Below, one piece after another: positions 40,412 to 51,957 of a stretch of DNA of 64,000 nucleotides. The stretch is taken from positions 47,430,001-47,494,000 of the forward strand of contig NC_043006.1 of assembly GCF_006345805.1 (NCBI RefSeq), given 5' to 3'. The DNA is from Octopus sinensis. Its lineage: Eukaryota. Both the position numbers and the translations under genes were made by a program. The notes under the pieces were generated by a model. That model ran no database searches, was not told where the DNA came from, and saw only the letters and a program-made list of their open reading frames with translations. The stretch's first letter is position 1. Each line of letters starts with the position of its first letter.

Positions 40412-41013
40412 CTAGTAGCTAAGCCCGGTTTCACTGGGTCGATTTCCATGATGTGGTTGTAAAACCTGTTCCGTGTAAGCATTCGACTTGTTTGGGCACG
40501 TTTACGTTAAAAAACAATTTTAGAAAGACTTTTTCTGTCAAAACGCTAAAAATAACTGACCAACAAACAAAAAATAAACCCAAAAAATAAACCCAAATAC
40601 TAAGCGAACAAAGATGAACCATCCCACTTCCATTGCGCGCGCACACACACACGCATACACATTTACATACTCCCCCCCTTTTCCATACACACAGATATAT
40701 TCACACAGAGTTGAAACGCTCCTTGATTTATTTTTCAGCGTACAATTTTCATCATCCCATTACGAAGTATGACATCACCCCGTCCTTCCTTATTCATTTA
40801 TCACACCTTCCTTTCTCATTCATAAACACAAGAGTATTATTATAGTATATTATCTCGGTAACCATGGGAGCTACTAAAAAAACATACAAAGCCCAGCATT
40901 TCCACCGGATCATTCTACACATCTGTGCAATTTTTCGCGCATTTCGACCCAGACGTTTCAACTTGAATCCCAAGTCAAGAAAAAATCGCCCATGTCAAGT
41001 TTATATGTAAAGA
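40412..41013 (-). mobile_element. Non-autonomous Helitron-like element
   Basis: Minus strand begins A|TCTTTACATATAA at 41013 and ends with subterminal hairpin acccag-tgaaa-ccgggc then CTAG|T at 40412; A^T insertion with no TSD. Confidence 0.7.
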
Positions 41014-41338
41014 TATTCTATAAATTGATATATTCTACAAATGGATACGTAGAAAAAGACAAACGGAGATTGAGACGTCCGTACATCTATATACATTTAC
41101 ATGTGAGAATCTAATTACTCAATACATGATGGAGAGAGGATTACTTCATTAGAATATGAAAATCAAAAATGCGTAGTCTGAATTTCTCGAAGGCTGCTCA
41201 TTAGAAATTTAGAGTAACGCTTGCTGTAGATTTAAATAGTATAAATGATATTACACTCACACACAAACGCGTGCGTACACAACACACATACGCATAAACG
41301 CGCATACACTCACACACGAAGAGAAATACAGACACACA

Positions 41339-41934
41339 GCGGCGAGCTGGCAGAAACGTTAGCACGCCGGGCGAAATTCTTAGCCGTATTTCGTCTGCCG
41401 TTACGTTCTGAGTTCAAATTCCGCCGAGGTCGACTTTGCCTTTCATCCTATCAGGTTCGATTAAATAAGTACCAGTTACGCACTGGGGTCGATATAATGC
41501 ACTTAATCCACTTGTCTGTCCTTGCTTGTTCCCTCTGCGAGTAGCCCCGTGAGGGTAGTAAGGAAATAGGTATTTCGTCTGTCTTATGTTCTGAGTTCAA
41601 ATTCCGCCGAGGTCGACTTTGCCTTCCATCTCTTTGGGTCGATTAAATAAGTACCAGTTATGCACAGGGGTCGATATAATGGACTTAATCCGCTTGTATG
41701 TCCTTGTTTGTCCTCTCTGGGTTTAAACTCCTGTGGGTAGTAAAGAAATAGATATTTCGTCTGTCGCTAGGTTCTGAGTTCAAATTCCGCCGAGGTCGAC
41801 TTTGCCTTTCATCCTTTCGGAGTCGTTTAAATAAGTACCAGTAGCTCACTGGGGTCGATATAATGGACTTAACCCGTTTTTCTGTCCTTGCTTGTTCCCT
41901 ATGCATGTAAATCATTGTGGGCAGCAAAGGAATA
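41339..41934 (+). mobile_element. SINE family B trimer (one head plus three ~183-bp units) with 17-bp TSD
   Basis: Units start at tatttcgtctg near 41387, 41571 and 41753; TSD agaaatacagacacaca at 41322-41338 and 41935-41951. Confidence 0.9.
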
Positions 41935-42721
41935 AGAAATACAGACACACAATCAGATACACTGCATGCATATATATGTGGGGGGGGGGGTGCCTTTGAA
42001 CAGAGAGAGAGAGAGAAGGAGAAGGTGAAAGAGAGTGAAAAGTTATGGATAGATAATTTCAGTATGATTCATTAATTTCACGGATATAATATTCGTTATC
42101 CTGTCGATGATTTCAGCAATACTGGAAAATAGAGATACTTACACAGCTATAAAGACGTTCAAACTGACTAAACTAAACAACTATATACACACATACGTAC
42201 AAACGTACACATACATACGTACACATACACATACGTAGGTACATATGTTGTTTTTCTTCCATTTGCATACACGCTTATATATACGCGTTGGATTGACAGC
42301 AATAAATAAATCACACCTTTTTCCCTTCGACCGATAGGCTTAATTGTACAATTATCCAGGACGTATTAACGATTGGGTTTTGATTGCTTGGTTGTGTAGA
42401 TGACGTCATCACAATTTTGACCAATCAATAGGTGTATGAGAGGTGAGAACACTATGACAAAGACTAAGAATATGTTGTATACGTGTTATATTTTTTACGA
42501 CTTATCTTTAGATCAAATTTTATCTCATTTGACAAGTGAGAACATATGTTGAAAGCACTAAAGGTGGTAAAGCTTTCCGAATTATGAATTCAGTTTAAGT
42601 TTACTTTGAAATTCTAACTTTTATAATATTCCGGTAGGATACTGCAGTTATTATTAGCATCGAAGATATCACCTACACACAGACACGCGCAGTATTTATG
42701 TGCGAATATATATATATATCA

Positions 42722-42880
42722 GTAGGAGTGGCTGTGTGGTAAGTAGCTTGCTTACGAACCACATGGTTCCGAGCTCAGTCCCACGGCGTGGCACATTGAG
42801 CAAGTGTCTTCTACCATAGCCGCGGGCCGACCAAAGCCTTGTGAGTGGATTTGGTAGACGGAACCTGAAAGAAGCCCGTC

Positions 42881-42920
<40 letters not shown>

Positions 42921-42961
42921 TATATATATATAGATATGTGTGTGTGTGTGTGTGTGTGGTG

Positions 42962-42992
<31 letters not shown>

Positions 42993-43230
42993 TGTGTGTG
43001 TGTGTGTGTTTGTGTGTATGTTTGTTCGTCTGTGTTTGTCCCCACAACATCGCTTGACAATGATGCTGGTGTGTTTGCGTCCCCGTAACCTAGCGGTTCG
43101 GCAAAAGCGACCGATAGTATAAGTACTAGGTTTACAAAGAATAAGTCCTGGGGTCGATTTGCTCGACTAAAGGCGGTACTCCAGCATGGCCACAGTCAAA
43201 TGACTGAAACAAATAAAAGAGTAAAAGAGT
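42722..43230 (+). mobile_element. Full-length SINE family A with expanded internal microsatellite
   Basis: Head gtaggagtggctgtgtggtaag and tail (gtaaaaga)n; colinear with 33705 and 49001. Confidence 0.9.
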
Positions 43231-43911
43231 AAAAGGGTATATATACAATATGAGAGAAAGAGAGAGAGAGAGATAGGGAGATGGATAGATAAATATATAG
43301 ATAGACAGAACATCGGCACATATATAAAGATAAAGGTAACAACAGAGAGAGGGGTAAAGAGAGAGAAAGAGAGACCTGTATCCGTATCAGAGATATAGAT
43401 GGTGTAAAAACATAAAATAAACTGCTAAAAGAAATGTAAAATACATCGATATCCTTACATCGATTCATACATATAATTATATATATGCACGACCAGTCAC
43501 ATATGACTCCCCGTCTCCGTATATAAAAATACGCACGGGTATGAACGTAGGTGAATGTGTTTATGGATGTGATTGTGAATACTTTCTACTTCAAAGATTT
43601 CCGCTCAGTCCTTTGTGGAGGTAAGTGGGTAAGAATAAACAAATAAGCAAAAAGATAAATATATAAATAAGCAGTAGTAGCTGCACTAGCAAGCAGCTAG
43701 ACACGATTGCCGGACGTTGGTTCCATCTATAATCTTTTGGATAGGTTGAATTTATTAATGAATAATTTCTGTTTTAACCTGAGTCACCAGAGACGCTGTA
43801 ATCATATCGGCATCCTGACCGCGGCCATTGTCACAGGCATGTTCACACGTCTGTGACCGCAGTACAGGTGCGTATGTAGGTGTATGTATTTGCCTACAAT
43901 TGCTCATGTAC

Positions 43912-43945
<34 letters not shown>

Positions 43946-44095
43946 GCGAGAAAGAAGCAACAAGAATGGATAGGTTTTAGTACGATCGTTTCATACAAGG
44001 ACAGGTTTTATTAAAAGTTGCAACTTTTAATAAACCTGTCCTTGTATGAAACGATCGTACTAAAAACCTATCCATTCTTGTTGCTTCTTTCTCGC
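43946..44095. repeat. Near-perfect 150-bp loopless palindrome with the 3' half of a hammerhead motif
   Basis: Centre AAAGTTG|CAACTTT at 44020/44021; only homopolymer-length differences between arms; contains GAA-ACGATCGT-A; abuts (TA)n on the left. Confidence 0.9.
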
Positions 44096-44235
44096 TTATA
44101 ATCATCCCACATTACTGTATTGTTAAATCAGTATAGTTTTTTTTTGGTGCATCTAAGTTAGGTACCATATTCAAGTAAATTTTTTAAATTAACTTGAATC
44201 TTTATTGCTCTTTGTATATATATATATATATACAC

Positions 44236-44270
<35 letters not shown>

Positions 44271-45290
44271 CAAACTTTGTCACATACGCACACATATTTA
44301 CTTATACATCTTTGCACTCTCTCTCTCTCTACTATTACTACTACTACTGCTGCTGGTGCTGCTACTACTACTGCTACTCCTGACTGTTTATGTAGTTATT
44401 TGTGTATATGTGTGTGCATCTACCTTGCTATATCGCTTCGTCTTTGTCTCTTTTTCTCTTTCCCTTTCTCCCTTCCTCCCTCTTTTCGTCACACTTGTTC
44501 ATAATTTTTCGTTCAATGCGATAGTTGCCATCTATTTCACAGCCAATGATGACTTTACCTCTCAATCCTTGCTGCACAGGTTCAGTTCCGATCAACGGGC
44601 CTGGGGTATCTCCATGTACATCCCAGTTTTCTCTTCCGGTACCGGTGATTTCTACTCTGTATCTTGTATCCTTCCGAATGTTATATCAACAAACGAAATG
44701 AATGGTTTCGATGGTTTTCACATTTGAAGGTTTCACTTAGCCTCTAGTCAATTTTTAGTTAACTGCCCTTTGAACAACTGCTTTCATCCCACAGTCAAAC
44801 GCTTTCTATAAGGCCGTATAATATCCTACTAGTGGAACGCATCATTTGTCTGAGCTTACCCTCAGTTAATACCAGTGTTGTGTGAAATCAATGCTGCTTG
44901 TTTGCTGTCAAAACGTTTCTGTGTACCTGTTCTTGTTTCACCACTTGGACGCAACCTTTACAAGACATTAAATGTTAAAAGATGTCAGAGATCTAATCTG
45001 TTGGTATTACGGTTTCGAAATCACTCACACGTTACAGAAAAGTTGAACAAAAGACTTTCCTGTAAACGTAGATGTTCGTACGTTTTAAAAGACTCTCTTT
45101 TTGAGTTTATCAAAGAATAAACAAGTATATTTGGGGCTAATTAATTCCTCTTCGCCCCGTTTACATTGATTAGTCTGAAGTGGGAAACACACACACACTC
45201 ACATACACACACACACGCACACACACGCACACATACATACACATACAAATAATTAGGCAACGTTTCATGATGTAATTTATGGAAGACTCT

Positions 45291-45776
45291 TTTGCAAATA
45301 CTGATAGGGCACAGAAAGTTTGTCTATGGCCAGCTGGAGGAGGTGTCCTCCTGGGGCTACAAACTACAGTAGCATCCACCCTTAAGGGTTAGCCATATTT
45401 AAATGGCAAATATACGTCACAATGTGTTGCAGCTACTGTTTATAACTCTCTCTAAGATTTATTATTGCTTGTTTACACATTTTCGATATCAGAGTCTGTA
45501 GGATACTGGAAAAAGGATATGTATTTGTGAAGAGAACCTACTTTTCATCGACAACTGTGATTGTCACACGCTGATGACGGGTCAATACCCAGAAACTCGA
45601 GTCTGTGTGTATCATAAGTTGAAGACAGGAAGGATGGCTTCCCTTTGCAAATACTGATAGGGCCCAGAAAGTGTGTCTATAGCCAGCTGGAGGAGGTGTC
45701 CTCCTGGCGCTACAAGCTACAGTAGCATCCACCCTTAGGGCTTAGCCATATTTAAATGGCAAATATACGTCACAAT
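45291..45776 (+). repeat. 133-bp direct repeats with 353-bp period enclosing a hammerhead (retrozyme or pLTR-like)
   Basis: 45291-45423 and 45644-45776 are near-identical (tttgcaaatactgataggg...tatacgtcacaat). Confidence 0.88.
45565..45609 (+). ncRNA. Minimal type I hammerhead ribozyme, canonical core, GUC cleavage site after 45603
   Basis: cacacg-CTGATGA-c-gggt-caat-accc-a-GAA-ACTCGAGT-C-tgtgtg. Confidence 0.85.
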
Positions 45777-45796
45777 ATATTATAGATATAAAAGAA

Positions 45797-46008
45797 AGGA
45801 TGCTGAAAAGTTCCTGGCTTTAAGGGTAACGCGAAAGACCTGCTTGGACGCCCAACTATTCAATTTCTTTTACAGGGCTTAAAGAAGCTAACAGACGACT
45901 GCAATAAAATGTGTTAGACTGAAAGGAGAATATGTTGAATAAAAGCATAATTTACTGATCCTCCTATACTTTCTTTTACTCAAAACTAGGAATCTTTCAG
46001 CACACCCA
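45797..46008. mobile_element. Mariner-like MITE
   Basis: Imperfect TIRs ggatgctgaaaagttcctgg and ctaggaatctttcagcacacc; related to the 17858 copy. Confidence 0.65.
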
Positions 46009-46878
46009 ACTATGAAAGAATTGTGTGTATCCTTCCATTCGTATAGGCCCTCTCCAATACGTCGCCCTCTAGTCCCCTCTAGTCCCTCTGGACATGTCAG
46101 TTGGCTGCCGCTGACATATTTGTAAGCCTAAGTTTAGAAACATAGAATGAGTCACGAAAAGAGTGGAGATTCTGTCAGCGAGGCTTGAGTGGAAATTCTG
46201 GCAGAGAGACTTGAGTGAAGATAATATGCAGAAAGATATATCTGAGGAGCGAGCAGAAGCCGTTGTAATATAAATAGAATTTCCGTCGACTAGAGTCTGG
46301 AACGTGTTCGTTAGTAATTATTTTCGCAGTCAACAGAATAACATCGAGGATATGTTCGTGGAATTTGTTGAGTTTAGTGCAACATTGTTACTGATGAGCA
46401 GTTTTCTGGCTTTCAAGATATGTCTTTGTAATGCAGTTGTCAAATTAAACACAGCTTTCCTCCTTACTTTTGAATGGTTCATTAATTTTATAATGCAGGT
46501 TCTTCTTAAAGATTAGTTATAACCCAGACCTATATACACTTAGAGTTTATAACATGGTCTATTTAGTCTAAAGTATAATGAATATAGTCACGAAGAACTT
46601 TCCGATGATATAATTGTTTATGATCAAATGCAGTTTTCTGTGTGAAGTAACTTATTTAAAGCAGGTTATAACCTCGAAGATATCAATAGCTCCAAATAAC
46701 TAATCGATACATTTACTAAGCACAGCCAATGTAGGCACCCTTACATGGTCATACACTTGCTAGAAATAGCAGCCGAATTCTTTTAATTCACACCTTACAG
46801 TTCAAGATAGACACATAACAAAAGGAGCTTATTTCTAGGCAACCCTAAAATTAGGGAATGGCTACAACAGAAACGAAT

Positions 46879-46979
46879 GCATATAGCGTAGAGGTTAAGA
46901 GCGCGGGCAACTAACTCCAAGATTCCGAGTTCGATTCCAAGCAGTGACCTGAACAATAGTAATAATAATAATAATAATA

Positions 46980-47023
<44 letters not shown>

Positions 47024-47198
47024 TCAAAAAATACCTTAGGAATTAGAACCCAGGTGTGAATATCCCCAAGACACCTGATGAAGGCTGGAGGGTATATCAG
47101 CCGAAACGTTTTAACACAAACAAGATGAGGACAGATATCCGTCGAATGTAAATAATGTAAATCATGTACATAATTCCCCATCTCTTAAATATAGAACT
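46879..47198 (+). mobile_element. tRNA-headed short element (SINE-like) with internal (AAT)n and a hammerhead-containing tail
   Basis: A box TAGCGTAGAGG (46884-46894), B box GAGTTCGATTCC (46927-46938), (AAT)n at about 46955-47020, HHR at 47071-47110. Confidence 0.75.
47071..47110 (+). ncRNA. Minimal hammerhead ribozyme with damaged stem I
   Basis: acac-CTGATGA-a-ggctg-gagggtatat-cagcc-GAAACGTT; the expected gtgt partner strand is missing in this copy. Confidence 0.65.
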
Positions 47199-47704
47199 GT
47201 AAATATAGATCCAGAAACAAATGCTTTTTGAGACAGGGTTTCTAGTTAAAGACTAATCCGGAGCTCAGCAACACCAAAAATTATCTTAAAAGGATATGTG
47301 CAATCCTTAGTCATGGTAAGACACACGACAAGTAGTCAAACATTACTGCACCTCTTAGTACTTGTCTGATCCTATAAGATATAACTGAGCTCGGTAGGAA
47401 TTGAACAATCGATGAAGGGTAATCTCAATAGACGAAAAATGTCGATATGTGTCTGGGTGTGTTTTGAAATCCGAATGAATGCTGCTGTGTCGACGAAACC
47501 GGAAGAATAGGGTAAATGGCAGATTTACTTGGCAGACTTTTAGTGGATAGATGTAGACAGGTGGGCATTGAAGATGTCGAGAAAACTTGTGTAGTTGTGG
47601 AATAAGATGATCGTAAATTCCAAGTTGGGGTCAGCACCAAGGCAATCGTGAATATAACGACTATCATGCTCCTGTGAATTGAACGAGGGCTTACTCCTTG
47701 GTGT

Positions 47705-48027
47705 GGAGGCGCAATGGTCCAGTGGTTAGGGCAGCGAACTCGCGGTCGGAGGATCGCAGTTTCGATTCCCAGACCGGGCGTTATGCGCTTTTATTGAGCG
47801 AAAACACCTAAAAGCTCCACGAGGCTCCGACAGAGGGTGGTGGCGACCCCTGTTGTACTCTTTCGCCACAACTTTCTCTCACTCTCTCTTCCTGTTTCTT
47901 GAGTATCGCTACGATGGACTGGCGTCCCGTCCAGCTGGAGGGTGGGAGGAAACACATACACCACAGAAACCTGGAAACGGGGCCCATGAGCCAGGCTAGG
48001 CTAGGCTTGAAAAGTGTGACTTTTTTT
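47705..48027 (+). mobile_element. tRNA-derived SINE with Meta/V-like central block and 14-bp TSD
   Basis: A box tggtccagtgg, B box agtttcgattcc, block cgatggactggcgtcccgtccag...cacagaaacc; TSD ttactccttggtgt at 47691-47704 and 48028-48041. Confidence 0.88.
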
Positions 48028-48913
48028 TTACTCCTTGGTGTAGCCTAGAAAGATGTTTCCATAACTCTCTCCTACTTTGGTCCCAAAAGCGACCCTGCTG
48101 CTTTGCACGTATCAATCTCTACGTAGGAAAACCATTTAACGTTAGGGATGAGTTTAGCCAAGCGGAGAAATGTAGTAAATCTATGCACGAATAGGAAACG
48201 ACGGTCTATGATCGGTTAAATTTGTGACTGAATAGAATAATTGAATGTCCAAACTGAAAAAGATCTTAAGGCACCTATGCGGAAAAGGAAAAGCGTTGAA
48301 GAAGTAAGAGCATATTATACACATATGGGTATGGCGGAGACGAATTGCGATACAATTTTGTCTACGCAGAGAGAAGTTTGTTTGGGAAGGGACGATTGTT
48401 TGTTTTATAAATTTGGGTGACAAAGAAGATAGTGGAAATTCCAGGTGTTGCTACCACGAGGTTAGTGGCAGATAGATTAAACCAGGCGAGAAAAACTTCC
48501 AACAAAAGGAATGTATGTCATAAACCGGACGAAGAATTCTGAAAATTGGTCTTATGAAGTTGATATTTATAACTAGCTACAGACCGAACATATCGGTCAT
48601 AAAATCAAGAACCCTAGGTATTCCAATACTTCAAATGATTCAATTCCAAATATCATGGTTTTCTTCTTCCATTGTTATTGTGCTCAGTGTTCCTGACACA
48701 TGACATCGAGTAATGAGCATGTATCTTTCTTTCCTTTTCATTTTTTTTCAAATCTTTATACAAACTTATGAATCTCGTATAAACTTTCTCTCAATATATT
48801 CACAGAACATTCTCCCACAAAGGTAAACTCCGCCGTGCATTTAAGAAACCAAATAATATCTTATTAATAACAGTGGATATGTATAAAATTTACACAACAC
48901 GCACCCACCCATG

Positions 48914-48955
<42 letters not shown>

Positions 48956-49000
48956 TATACATAGACTCTATGAATTATATAAAATACATATATAATTATA

Positions 49001-49371
49001 GGCGCAGGAGTGGCTGTGTGGTACGTAGCTTGCTTACCAACCACATGGTTCCGGGTTCAATCCTACTGCGTGGCACCTTAGGCAAGTGTCTTCTACTATA
49101 GCCTCGGGCCGACTAAAGCCTTGTGAGTGGATTTGGTAGACGGAAACTGAAAGAAGCCCGTCGTATATATGTATATATATATGTGTGTATGTGTGTGTCT
49201 GTGTTTGTCCCCACAACATCACTTGACAACCGATGCTGGTGCGTTTACGTCCCCGATAGAATAAGTACTAGGCTTACAAAGAATAAGTCCTGGGGTCGAT
49301 TTGCTCGACTAAAGGCGGTGCCCCAGCAAGGCCGCAGTAAAATGACTGAAACAAGTAAATAGGTAAAAGAG
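49001..49371 (+). mobile_element. SINE family A with a small internal deletion
   Basis: ggcgcaggagtggctgtgtgg...gggttcaatcc...aatgactgaaacaagtaaa. Confidence 0.9.
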
Positions 49372-49406
<35 letters not shown>

Positions 49407-50230
49407 ATTTGTGTGCGTGTGCGCTGGTATACATATACACGTATTTGCATGCATATAAGTTGTACACGCTTGAATCGATGCGTTAACAAAATAGACTCGC
49501 GTTTTCGGGGTCAAAATAATGTTGGAGATTGGTGGAGTTTCTAAATAGTGTAACTGATGGGGTGTTTACATCTTCTGCTTTTCCCCTAAGCTAATGTTTC
49601 AGACGATTGGAGAATACAGAACCTGACAGTAACTCCCACGGCGCCTCTCCACAGTTTAAACTGTTCATCAGACTACACCATACAGGATATACACGGAGCA
49701 CACGCAGATAAGACATCTTCTAAACATAACCTAACAAAAACCAAAGACTAAATATATTTCATGTAAGAGAAAACACAACATACTTTTCTTGTGTTTTCCA
49801 AACACAGTTCCTGAAGCGAAGTACCAAACATACAGTGCTATAATCTATGACTGCACTGGTTTTGATTACAAACAATAACAAGTTCACCACCAGGTATACA
49901 TGGAAACCAAATTAGATTTTATTCTGACATATGGGAAGCTACAAATTTCTGTAGCGTTGTTTTTATGTTATATATTTCTCTTTTTTTTTTGTTTTTTGTT
50001 TTTGATATGGTTGATTTTAAATTTGGATGTGTTCTGCTTTCACTCATACCTGTATAATTATACACGGAAAAGTAGTATCTGTATCTGTAACATCGACATC
50101 TAATGGTGTCAGCAGAGATATAGCTCACATTCTGTTGAGAAATTGGGCATGAAATGAGAATACACATTCATAATTTTGTTGTTTGACCTATATATATACA
50201 AATATATATGTCAGTATGTATATATATGTA

Positions 50231-50300
<70 letters not shown>

Positions 50301-50351
50301 GTTTATATATATACATATATATGTAGGTATATATGTATATATATATCTATC

Positions 50352-50423
<72 letters not shown>

Positions 50424-50460
50424 TATATATAATATATATATATATATTATATTTATGCAC

Positions 50461-50622
50461 CGGCTGTGTGCTAAGAAGCTTCTTTCATAAACACAAGGTT
50501 CTGGGTTCAGTTTCACTGCATGACACCTAGGAAAAGTGTATTCCACTATACCTTTGGGCCGACCAAAGCCGAAGAGCTTGTTTAGTGGATATGGTAGACG
50601 TAAACTGAAAGAAGCCCGTCGT
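50461..50622 (+). mobile_element. Diverged 5' half of SINE family A
   Basis: ggctgtgtgctaagaagctt...ggccgaccaaagcc...aactgaaagaagcccgtcg. Confidence 0.8.
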
Positions 50623-50654
50623 GTATATATATATATATATATATATGTATACTC

Positions 50655-51064
50655 TTACTCTTTACTATTTCACTTGTTTCAGTCATTTGACTGCGGCATT
50701 GCTGCAGCACCACCTTTAGTCAAGCAAATCGACTCCGGGACTTATTCTTTGTAAGCCCAGTACTTGTTCTATCGGTCTCTTTTGCCGAACCAGCATCGGT
50801 TGTCAAGCAATGCTAGAGGGACAAACACAGACCCACACACACACACACACACACATACACACACACACACATATATATATTTATATATATATACATATAT
50901 ACGACAGGCTTCTTTCAGTTTCCGTCTACCAAATCCACTCACAAGGGATTGGTCGGCCTGGGGCTATAGCAGAAGACACTTCCTCAAGGTGCCACGCAGT
51001 GGGACTGAACCCGGAGCTATGTGGTTGGTAAGCAAGCTACTTACCACACAGCCACTCCTGCGCC
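50655..51064 (-). mobile_element. SINE family A
   Basis: Reverse complement, ending ccacacagccactcctgcgcc. Confidence 0.9.
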
Positions 51065-51436
51065 TAATGTATATGTATGTATGTATGTGTTTGTAAGTAT
51101 GGGTTTCGACGACCATTATTCTTACTGCTCGTTCTACTCACCTACCGATATATTACAAAATCAGGGAAATTGATGACTAACACAAACTCATGCATATAAC
51201 TATACATAATCTTCATACACCTTACGTGGACCTCCAACTGTCAAAAAGACTTCTGTTGGGAACCACTGGTTTGGGCCCTTGTAAATCCAATATTAAAATT
51301 GACTTCGATATGAATCGAATCTTCGTTATATCTCAATGTCTGAAAATAAAAAAAAGTTTTAAATAAAAAAAAAAAGAACGGAGAAATGGCTGCAAAAAAA
51401 AAGAATTGTTTCGTTTGGGCAGACGTCGGAGGTAAA

Positions 51437-51957
51437 CACCGCCACCACCACCAAAACCATGACCAGCACCACAACCACAACCATTACCAGCACCATCACC
51501 ACTACTATCTCAAACACCACCACCACCAGCACTACTACAACCACTACCATGACCACCACCACAACCACAAGCATTACCACCACCACCAGCACTACTACCA
51601 CCACCACCACAACCACAACCATTACCGCCACCATCACCACTACTATCTCAAACGCCACCACCACCAGAACTACTACCTCCACTACCATGACCACCACCAC
51701 AACTACAACAATTGCCACCACCATCACCACTCCTATATCAAACGCCACCACCAGCAGCACTACTACCACCACAACTACAACCATTACCACCACCATCACC
51801 ACTACTATCTCAAACACCACCACCAGCAGCACTACTACCTCCACTACCATGACCACCACCACAACTGCAACCATTACCACCACCACCATCACCACTACTA
51901 TCTCAAACATCACCACCACCACCACCACCACCACCACCACCAACATCAACAACAACA
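51437..51957. repeat. (ACC/ACT)-based minisatellite with higher-order units of about 80-130 bp
   Basis: Recurrent caccatcaccactactatctcaaac and ccactaccatgaccaccacc blocks. Confidence 0.9.

Noticed and set aside
41339-41934. Regularly spaced repeats as a CRISPR array
   Set aside because: Units are ~183-bp full tandem copies without unique spacers, in a eukaryotic SINE context with a TSD.
45325-45385. HDV-like ribozyme around ggaggaggtgtcctcc
   Set aside because: A CCTCCTC-like motif is present on the minus strand, but a consistent P1-P2-P3-P4 double pseudoknot could not be built.
47425-48423. Decayed CR1/L2-like LINE around the 47705 SINE
   Set aside because: Only vague resemblance in translation; no diagnostic motif could be read with confidence.
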